64,000 nt of DNA from Bacteroidota bacterium (lineage in GTDB: Bacteria > Bacteroidota > Bacteroidia > AKYH767-A > 2013-40CM-41-45): contig JANOVM010000026.1 of the NCBI GenBank assembly GCA_031417395.1, forward strand, positions 6,567 through 70,566, written 5' to 3'. A program made the translations under genes and the position numbers. The notes beneath the pieces were generated by a model. The model was not told the origin of the DNA. It was given only the letters and a program-made list of their open reading frames with translations, and searched no databases. Each line of letters begins with the position of its first letter. Within the stretch, counting starts at the first letter, position 1. This document shows, piece after piece, positions 8,519 to 16,000 of this stretch.

Positions 8519-11494
8519 TCATTTCTGATTTTCCTTATTATTTTCTATAAATTCAATTTCTTCCTTTGTCAAACCGTATAACTGGTAAACAATTTCATTT
8601 ATTTTATTTTCAATATATTTTATTTTGTTATCTATCTGCAGTTTATTTGAATGAAGATTAGTTTCTGAATATTTTTTGTTTAATTCCAATAATTGATGAA
8701 CCAAATTTATGGTTTCGATTTGAAAATTATTTTCAATACTATTGTCTGATCTAATGACTTTAATTGGCAAAAGAGATACATACATTGGTTTGGCTTCAAT
8801 AAACCCACCTTGTCTTTCGGCAGCAATTTTCTTTAAATAATACCACAAAAGATTTGAATTTAGTAGACCTAATAAATAAAAGTCATCAGAAACAAAGAAT
8901 GCGGCTGGTGCATTAATATATAAAGGATCTTTTATAATAGTGAAAGGAGAAAGTTTACATAAATTTCCCCAAGCAATTTTAGGTTTTTCAAATTCCTTAT
9001 AATATTCAGTAGAATCTTGTATTTCATACCATTTATAGGTTCCCGCCTTTCGACCTTCCCAATTCGTGCCTTTAAAATCTTTAGGCTTAGGCATTAGTTG
9101 TTTCTTAAATTGCAATAAATAATTCTTTATTGATGGGTATTTTTCGATTTCAATTCCGCGTTTTGTAAATATGATATATTTTGTTGTTTCTGGATATTTA
9201 TATCGCTTAATATCTCGTCCAATGATAAAAGGTTTAATAACTTCAATATTATTTTTATCCTCTTTTAATAATTTATTTTTTATCGTATTTTCAATTATAA
9301 AAGCTTCATTATAGCCAGTTAAAATTCCTCGAAATATTTTTTGGTTTAAATATGAATTTAATGGAATCCCTTTACTTTTTATTTTATTAATAAGATTTTG
9401 TTCAGAGGTCGAAACAAGATTCCATCCATTATCATCCAAGGAATCAATACGAATATTTATTTTATTCTCGAGCACATAATTATCTAATGTATCAAATGAA
9501 AGAGTCTTTACATTTACAATATTAAATTCAGATGAATTTTGACCTGACCTAACGATTAGAATACATGGATAAGTTGTGGCTCCGCTAAAAACCGGTAATT
9601 CTCCAAAATCAATTATCTCGAGTATATTTTTTGATTTAATCCAGCGCCTTAAATTTTCACCGTAATTTGCTCTCATCCATTTATTAGCAACGATAATTCC
9701 AAATAATCCATCCTTATTAAGTAATTCAATTCCCTTTTCAATAAAATAGCTGTATAAATCAGCCATTCCATGATAAACCTTGTAGTGTTTTTCGAAATAT
9801 TTTTTTGGGTCACCAAGTAATTCTTGCCTTACATAAGGAGGGTTACCAATTACAGCATCGAAGCCCCCATTTTTAAATATTTCTCGAAACTCTTTCTTCC
9901 AATTAAATGGTTTAACCTTTCTATCCTCCCCAAAATCAAGTTCGCCAGAATAAAAATCAACATCAATCAAACTATTCCCACATTTAATATTCTCATCAAG
10001 CGTCGGCAAAACTCTTTCATGAAACATTTTCATCTGATTAGAAATACTTGCTTCTGTTTCACCCTCCATACATTTAAGCAAAAGGGAAAGCTTAGTTACC
10101 TCAACAGCGTTTGCATCAATATCAACGCCAAAAATATTGTTCAGTAAAATTCTTTTCTTTTCAGAGGTTGTTAAATTACCTTCAGGAGTTAAAAGGTTTC
10201 CCTTGCTGGTTTTAGCTTTTTTTCCATTGTCGGTATAGTAGTTTTTATGAAAGTCAAGTAAGAACTGGTAAGCACCTATTAGGAAACTCCCAGAACCACA
10301 GGCAGGGTCAACAATTTTTAGTTTACTTATTTCGTCGGGCTTCTTTCCTTCAATGTGTTTGCCGACGGTGTTTTTTACAATGTAATCGACAATGTACTGT
10401 GGAGTGTAGTAAACGCCGCCGGCTTTTCTTACTTCAGGCTTTTCTTCAATCTTAGCATGATGGGCGGGTGTTATACGAATAACCTTTCCTAAAAACTGCT
10501 CGTATGCCGTTCCCATAATTTCAACCGGCATTGCATCGAAAGCAAACGGGCTGGGGTAGTACATGTCGGTTATGATGTTCTTCAATACCTTATTGTCAAT
10601 AGTCAGGTGTTCGCTTATTTTATCTTTCTTAAAATCAAATAAGCCTGAATTGTATTTATCGTCTGCCTGTTTGAAAAGGTTGAATAGGTTTTTGTAATGG
10701 TCTCCTGCTAAGGTTTGTTTGAGGTTTCCAAAAGGCTCTACATTTCTGTCTTCTGCAATACGCAGGAATATAAGTCTATCAATAATTTGTTGTACGACAA
10801 AGTTTATTTCGTCTTCGTCGAGTTTCTTATTGTTTATTGCAATGCTTGTTGCAAGGTAGGTTCTCCATTCGTCGAGGGATTGCAGAAATTCTTTATCAAC
10901 GGTGGCTGTTCCTTTTTTGTGGGTGTCGCTTTTAACGAATTTGTCGAAGCTGCCTTTAAGTACATTTTCTTTTCCGAACGTTTCCCAGAAAAAATCAAAT
11001 TCTTTTGCATAATCACGAAAGTTTAAATACTTTATTCTTGCTGTGGAAGCTTTATCGTTTGGGTTTGGTTTAACAGTGCAATCGTAAAGCGAAAATTCTT
11101 CGAAGTCTGTAATAATACTGATAGGAAGTTTTGCACTCCAACCGTATCGGCGAATCTGATAGGCGGGAGGTATTTCTTCTTTGACTAATACACTTGGTTT
11201 TTTAGCTTCAACAAAAAATAATTTTTTACCACCGACAAGGCGAAAAGAATAATCCGGTGCTTTTGAAACGCCGCTAATTTTTAATCTGTCTTCATGAATT
11301 ACCTCTCTGTAGGATTCTGCATAGCCTTGTTCATTGTCAACATCCCAGCCCAGTGATTTGAAAAATGGGTCAATGAAATCCCGCCTGGTTTGTGTTTCAT
11401 TGTAAGTGGAATTCTTGTACGATGCGTATTGCTCGTCGAAACGTTTTACAAGTTCGGTTAATTTTTTAATTGCCTGATCTTTCGGATTCGCCAT
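8519..11494 (-). CDS. Type IIG restriction-modification enzyme (endonuclease + N6-adenine MTase + TRD; Eco57I/TaqI-C-like)
   Basis: N-terminal PD-(D/E)xK-like PDYSF...FVEAKKP; SAM-binding motif DPACGSGSF; catalytic GNPPY; C-terminal target-recognition region. Confidence 0.92.
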   Translation of the reverse strand: MANPKDQAIKKLTELVKRFDEQYASYKNSTYNETQTRRDFIDPFFKSLGWDVDNEQGYAESYREVIHEDRLKISGVSKAPDYSFRLVGGKKLFFVEAKKPSVLVKEEIPPAYQIRRYGWSAKLPISIITDFEEFSLYDCTVKPNPNDKASTARIKYLNFRDYAKEFDFFWETFGKENVLKGSFDKFVKSDTHKKGTATVDKEFLQSLDEWRTYLATSIAINNKKLDEDEINFVVQQIIDRLIFLRIAEDRNVEPFGNLKQTLAGDHYKNLFNLFKQADDKYNSGLFDFKKDKISEHLTIDNKVLKNIITDMYYPSPFAFDAMPVEIMGTAYEQFLGKVIRITPAHHAKIEEKPEVRKAGGVYYTPQYIVDYIVKNTVGKHIEGKKPDEISKLKIVDPACGSGSFLIGAYQFLLDFHKNYYTDNGKKAKTSKGNLLTPEGNLTTSEKKRILLNNIFGVDIDANAVEVTKLSLLLKCMEGETEASISNQMKMFHERVLPTLDENIKCGNSLIDVDFYSGELDFGEDRKVKPFNWKKEFREIFKNGGFDAVIGNPPYVRQELLGDPKKYFEKHYKVYHGMADLYSYFIEKGIELLNKDGLFGIIVANKWMRANYGENLRRWIKSKNILEIIDFGELPVFSGATTYPCILIVRSGQNSSEFNIVNVKTLSFDTLDNYVLENKINIRIDSLDDNGWNLVSTSEQNLINKIKSKGIPLNSYLNQKIFRGILTGYNEAFIIENTIKNKLLKEDKNNIEVIKPFIIGRDIKRYKYPETTKYIIFTKRGIEIEKYPSIKNYLLQFKKQLMPKPKDFKGTNWEGRKAGTYKWYEIQDSTEYYKEFEKPKIAWGNLCKLSPFTIIKDPLYINAPAAFFVSDDFYLLGLLNSNLLWYYLKKIAAERQGGFIEAKPMYVSLLPIKVIRSDNSIENNFQIETINLVHQLLELNKKYSETNLHSNKLQIDNKIKYIENKINEIVYQLYGLTKEEIEFIENNKENQK

Positions 11495-11536
11495 TACATC
11501 TGGAAAGTTTAATAATTGTCCAATATAAAGAAATAT

Positions 11537-11665
11537 TTATATCATTTTAAATGACTCTTCCTGAATGGGTTCCGGTTCAGGCAATCCGGCATCCAGGCAA
11601 GCTTTTATCATATCGGGAATACCTGTACCCATTCGTTCAATGTATCCTGCCAAAAATAATGGGTC
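11537..11665 (-). pseudogene. 42-codon remnant of a gene paralogous to the ATPase domain of 11743-13263
   Basis: Translates DPLFLAGYIERMGTGIPDMIKACLDAGLPEPEPIQEESFKMI*, versus EPMYLAGYIERLGTGTSDMVRLSRIAGLKEPDFRQEEIFKAI in the upstream gene; no credible start. Confidence 0.8.
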
Positions 11666-11742
11666 AGATTAAAGGTATAATTATTAAAATTTCACCTCGA
11701 TCAACAACCCTTTTACCTGTTTTTAGATTTTTAAAAGAATGA

Positions 11743-13263
11743 TTATTTCCGGTCATTTTTTTTCTTATTCATTTCTTCTTGAATTTTTTTACCTTTTTCA
11801 GTTAACCGATACTTCTGATTTTTACTAGTCGGAGTTTTAGGCAGTGTCATTTCTATATACCCATATTTCAATGCAGGATCAATATAAACTGTTTTAAATG
11901 ACTTTCTGTCCTTTAACCCCAGTAATTCCTGCAATCCATCCCTGCTTAGAGATCCATTCATAATTGAAACAAGCTTTTTAATAGAAAAGTCTTCTTCGAC
12001 TTTTAGAGTATCTTGAGGGGTGTCATGAGGGGTGTCTTGAGGGGTGGAAAGTGTGGGAACCGGACGGTATATAATAGCTTTGAAAATTTCCTCCTGTCTG
12101 AAATCAGGTTCTTTTAGTCCTGCAATACGAGATAATCGAACCATATCGGATGTTCCTGTTCCTAATCGTTCAATGTATCCCGCAAGATACATAGGCTCTG
12201 CCAGCAATGGATTAGCCGGAACGGATGTGTGTAGCCTTTTTAATTTATCTACAGTCCAGCCCAGCGGCAATGATCCCGGATTCCAAACTTCAAGGCGATC
12301 GCCAAATAGCATTATTTGAACACTTGCATTGCTTGTATAGTCCCTGTGAACTATTGCATTTACAATTGCTTCAGCGATTACTTCTTTAGGAATTTCATAG
12401 CTTCCCGGAATTTGAATATTCTCTTTGCGGGTGCCTATACGATAATCTAATTTTGACAAAACAAAGTCAACTGCTTGGTCTGCCAGTTCAAAAACTGTCC
12501 CCTTGAATACTTTATATGAAGGAATCGGTTTTTCAACTGTTGTTCCATGAAATGAGGCACATCGGATTTCAGAGTTAATGAAAAAACGCTGGGGAGATTT
12601 GCCAAAAAGTAAAATAGCTGAATTTGTGAGTTTATTGTCCTGAAAAAGGTTTAAATGTGTAAGAACGTTTTCAATTTTATCGTTTTCATCGAAAGGGAAC
12701 CCCCTTTTTGAATTTGCAATCTGAATAAAGGATTTTATCTTGTCGCTGTCAATGTCGGATATTACAGCATTTTCAATAATTGAAGTGTCAAAAGGAACAG
12801 ATTGTATTATTTTTTTTTCTTCAAGGTATCTGACTAGTGCTGCATATACAGACGATTTCAAATCATCTATTGAAGAAAACTTTTTTCTTATAATGCCATC
12901 CTGAACTTTTGAAATAAATATACGCTCTTTCGGATCTCTTTCGGAATTAGAATGATTTGTAATAAAAATTAATCTTGTCTTATTATGTAATGTAGCATGA
13001 TCAAATTCGTGCTCTGTTGGAGATATTGCATTTTTTTCGTTGCCATACTGCTTGCCAAGAATGCCTAAATAAATATCACTTTTTTCTACTTCGTTCAAAT
13101 AAATATGATCAGCATTCTGATCAATAGCCGGTAAAAGTTCAAATAGAAATGGTTCAAAGAACTTGCTTAATAAAGGATCGGATGAAATGCATTCAAATAA
13201 AACTTGACGTTCTGATTTAAATTCATTTTGTACACTGCTGATAAATATTTTTCTTCGATTCAT
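11743..13263 (-). CDS. DUF4062 domain + HATPase_c_4 (RecG-C-like) + winged-HTH protein
   Basis: N-terminal KIFISSVQNEFKSER...SDIYLGILGKQYG (DUF4062-like); EAIVNAIVHRDY, NPG and IERLGTG (HATPase_c_4); C-terminal PTSKNQKYRLT; TPQD-type linker repeat. Confidence 0.8.
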   Translation of the reverse strand: MNRRKIFISSVQNEFKSERQVLFECISSDPLLSKFFEPFLFELLPAIDQNADHIYLNEVEKSDIYLGILGKQYGNEKNAISPTEHEFDHATLHNKTRLIFITNHSNSERDPKERIFISKVQDGIIRKKFSSIDDLKSSVYAALVRYLEEKKIIQSVPFDTSIIENAVISDIDSDKIKSFIQIANSKRGFPFDENDKIENVLTHLNLFQDNKLTNSAILLFGKSPQRFFINSEIRCASFHGTTVEKPIPSYKVFKGTVFELADQAVDFVLSKLDYRIGTRKENIQIPGSYEIPKEVIAEAIVNAIVHRDYTSNASVQIMLFGDRLEVWNPGSLPLGWTVDKLKRLHTSVPANPLLAEPMYLAGYIERLGTGTSDMVRLSRIAGLKEPDFRQEEIFKAIIYRPVPTLSTPQDTPHDTPQDTLKVEEDFSIKKLVSIMNGSLSRDGLQELLGLKDRKSFKTVYIDPALKYGYIEMTLPKTPTSKNQKYRLTEKGKKIQEEMNKKKNDRK

Positions 13264-13347
13264 TCGGTATCAATACAAATTTTATGAATTTTTTTAATAT
13301 TCACAAGTAAAAGAAACCCTAAGTGAAATTGTCAAGAAGCATTTTTT

Positions 13348-14748
13348 TTACTTCCCAATACAGAACCTCGAAAAAATATTCTCCAGCAAGTCCTCCGTTG
13401 AAATCTCCCCGGTAATCTCACCCAAATAATTCAAAGCATGACGAAGGTTGGTGGCTATTAAATCGTTGGTAAGATTGCCAAGCAATCCTTCATGAACTTT
13501 TTGCAATGCTTCTGAAGTTTTTTTCAATGCTTCTGTATGACGCGCACTGGTGACGATGGAATTGTTTGCTTCTACATTGCCTGTTTTGTATAGTGAAATT
13601 AGAAAATTGCGCAGACTGTCAATATTTGTTTTGTCTTTTGCTGAAATTAAAATAAGGTCTTTTATAAAAGCGTAGTCTTTGTCTATGTTGTAAGAACTGA
13701 CGGCATCAACTTTATTGCCTACAGGAATAATGTTTACTTTTTCATTTACACTTTCCTTAAGTTTTTCGAGTTGAGAATGCAATTCTTTGCCCGAGGTAGT
13801 TATCATGTCAAATACATACAATATCACCGGACTTGAATTCATTTTTTCAAAAGTCTTTGCTACACCGATTTTTTCAATTGCATCGTGTGTTTCGCGCAGA
13901 CCGGCTGTGTCGATGAAGCGGAATTTAATTCCGTCGACAATGATTTCTTCTTCTACCGTGTCTCGCGTTGTTCCTTCTGTTTCACTTACGATGGCGCGCT
14001 CTTCATTCAGCAAAGCATTCAGAAGGGTTGACTTTCCTGCATTTGGTCTGCCGGCAATTACGATGGGTATACCGGAGCGAATAGCATTTCCAAATTCAAA
14101 AGAGGCTATGAGTCTTCTTATAACTTTCAGAAGATTTTCAACTGTTTCACGCAGATGTCCGCGGTTTGCAAATTCTACATCTTCTTCTGCAAAGTCGAGT
14201 TCCAGTTCTATCAGGGAAGCAAGATGGATCAATTCATTTCGGAGTTTTTTGATTTCTTCTGAAAAGCCGCCACGCATTTGTTTCAATGCCAGACTATGTG
14301 CGCCTGCTGAATCGGAAGCGATAAGATCCGCTACGGCTTCTGCCTGACTTAAATCCATTTTGCCATTTAAAAAAGCGCGCAGTGTAAATTCTCCCGGTGT
14401 TGCCAAACGGGCACCTGCTTCCTGACAAAGCATGAGAATCTGCTGCTGCACAAAAGTAGAACCATGACAGGAAATTTCAATGGTATCTTCTCCCGTGTAA
14501 CTGTGCGGTGCTTTCATTACGGCAAGCAGAACTTCATCAATTAATTTCCCATTTGATTCAATGATACCAAAGTTAAGCGTATGGCTTTTATAGGAATCAG
14601 TAGAGCCGGCTTTTTTTTTAAGAGGCTTAAATAATTTATCCGCAATAACATAGACTCCTGTTCCGCTTAATCGTATAACTGCTATTGCAGACGTTCCGCC
14701 ACCTGTTGCCAAAGCTACAATGGTATCGCCCGGATTGAATCCTTTCAT
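13348..14748 (-). CDS. mnmE: tRNA uridine-34 modification GTPase
   Basis: DTIVALAT, GEFTLRAFLNGKMDLSQAEAV, GRPNAGKS, DTAG, NKVD and C-terminal FCIGK. Confidence 0.98.
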   Translation of the reverse strand: MKGFNPGDTIVALATGGGTSAIAVIRLSGTGVYVIADKLFKPLKKKAGSTDSYKSHTLNFGIIESNGKLIDEVLLAVMKAPHSYTGEDTIEISCHGSTFVQQQILMLCQEAGARLATPGEFTLRAFLNGKMDLSQAEAVADLIASDSAGAHSLALKQMRGGFSEEIKKLRNELIHLASLIELELDFAEEDVEFANRGHLRETVENLLKVIRRLIASFEFGNAIRSGIPIVIAGRPNAGKSTLLNALLNEERAIVSETEGTTRDTVEEEIIVDGIKFRFIDTAGLRETHDAIEKIGVAKTFEKMNSSPVILYVFDMITTSGKELHSQLEKLKESVNEKVNIIPVGNKVDAVSSYNIDKDYAFIKDLILISAKDKTNIDSLRNFLISLYKTGNVEANNSIVTSARHTEALKKTSEALQKVHEGLLGNLTNDLIATNLRHALNYLGEITGEISTEDLLENIFSRFCIGK

Positions 14749-14954
14749 TTCGTAAAATTATGCATTTGCACGTTGATTTCTCTGATTTTTCTACTTTATC
14801 TGTAATATGTTTGTTAAGTATTATATGTACACATAGCTATCGGCATAATAAAAAAAAACCTATTTTCGCAAACAATAAAATCATCCTTGTTTTATGCCAA
14901 CTTGCTGTTGCTATTATTAGTTAAGTAATTATCAAAAATTATTATAGCCCAAAA

Positions 14955-14996
14955 TCGTTACTCGTCACTCGTTATTCGTTATTCGTTACTCAACTT
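14955..14996 (+). repeat. TCGTTA(C/T) heptamer array ending in TCGTTACTCAACTT
   Basis: Five tandem heptamers; the same family occurs at 57591-57625 and 58410-58729. Confidence 0.85.
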
Positions 14997-15030
14997 CCTT
15001 TTATATTCAACCCCTCTCCAATCAAAAAAA

Positions 15031-15912
15031 ATGAGCATTCTCGTCAACAAAAAAAGTAAAATTATCGTCCAGGGCTTCACAGGTAGTGAAGGAACATTTC
15101 ATGCAGGACAAATGATTGAATACGGCACCAATGTTGTTGGCGGCGTTACGCCCGGCAAAGGTGGCACCAGTCATTTGGATCGTCCTGTTTTTAATTCAGT
15201 AAGCGATGCTGTAAAGCAAACCGGAGCAGATGTTTCTATCGTATTCGTTCCGCCTGCTTTTGCTGCTGATGCCATTATGGAAGCAGCTGAAGCCGGTATT
15301 AAGCTTATCGTTGCAATTACAGAAGGCATTCCTGTTAAGGATATGATCGTGGTGAAAAACTACATCGATAGTCGTTCTGTTCGACTCATCGGCCCGAATT
15401 GTCCGGGTATCATAACAGCAGATGAGTGTAAGGTTGGAATTATGCCCGGCTTTGTTTTCAAAAAAGGACGCATAGGAATTGTTTCCAAATCAGGAACGCT
15501 GACCTATGAAGCCGCCGACCAGGTTGTAAAAGCCGGAATGGGAATTTCAACAGCCATTGGAATAGGAGGAGACCCTATCATTGGAACAACAACAAAAGAA
15601 GCCATAGAGCTTTTTATGAATGATAAAGATACCGATGGTATTGTAATGATTGGAGAAATAGGAGGAAGCCTTGAAGCTGAAGCCGCTCTCTGGATCAAAG
15701 CCCATGGAACAAAACCTGTCGTTGGATTTATAGCCGGACAAACAGCTCCTCCGGGACGCCGCATGGGCCATGCCGGAGCCATCGTTGGCGGTGCCGATGA
15801 TACAGCAGCAGCCAAAATGAAAATCATGCGCGAATGCGGCATTCACGTCGTTGAATCACCTGCAGTTATTGGGGTGACAATGGCGAAGGTAGTGGGGAAG
15901 GTACCGGCTTAG
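15031..15912 (+). CDS. sucD: Succinyl-CoA synthetase alpha subunit
   Basis: VQGFTG...[15 protein letters not shown] and MGHAGA (phospho-His). Confidence 0.98.
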   Translation: MSILVNKKSKIIVQGFTGSEGTFHAGQMIEYGTNVVGGVTPGKGGTSHLDRPVFNSVSDAVKQTGADVSIVFVPPAFAADAIMEAAEAGIKLIVAITEGIPVKDMIVVKNYIDSRSVRLIGPNCPGIITADECKVGIMPGFVFKKGRIGIVSKSGTLTYEAADQVVKAGMGISTAIGIGGDPIIGTTTKEAIELFMNDKDTDGIVMIGEIGGSLEAEAALWIKAHGTKPVVGFIAGQTAPPGRRMGHAGAIVGGADDTAAAKMKIMRECGIHVVESPAVIGVTMAKVVGKVPA

Positions 15913-16000
15913 GAATTTGAAAATTTGAGAATTTGAAAATTTGAAAATGAAGGTACGAACTCCCCATTTTCAAATTTTCATATTCCCAAATTCTCAAATT
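15913..16000. repeat. GAAAATTT-type tandem array with inverted counterpart between convergent genes
   Basis: gaatttgaaaatttgagaatttgaaaatttgaaaatg ... cattttcaaattttcatattcccaaattctcaaatt. Confidence 0.8.

Larger units (their letters stand above)
5032..13365. mobile_element. Putative integrase-less genomic island at the mnmE 3' end; accessory DNA continues to about 1313
   Basis: Bounded by imperfect 18-bp direct repeats, with low-GC cargo, restriction/defence-type genes and a gene remnant; no recombinase is visible in the window. Confidence 0.55.

Noticed and set aside
11505-11530. A further mnmE-end-like sequence (TATATTGGACAATTA on the minus strand) before the R-M gene
   Set aside because: Too few matches to separate from AT-rich background; the stop codon is not preserved.
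11551-11742. 63-aa plus-strand ORF
   Set aside because: Shadow of the minus-strand ATPase-domain remnant.
12011-12049. TPQD-encoding short repeat as a phase-variation switch
   Set aside because: The unit is 12 nt, so copy changes keep the frame, and such linkers are typical of this protein family.
1313-13347. Prophage, ICE, retron or DGR interpretation of the island
   Set aside because: No integrase, relaxase, phage structural gene or reverse transcriptase motif was found in the translated ORFs.
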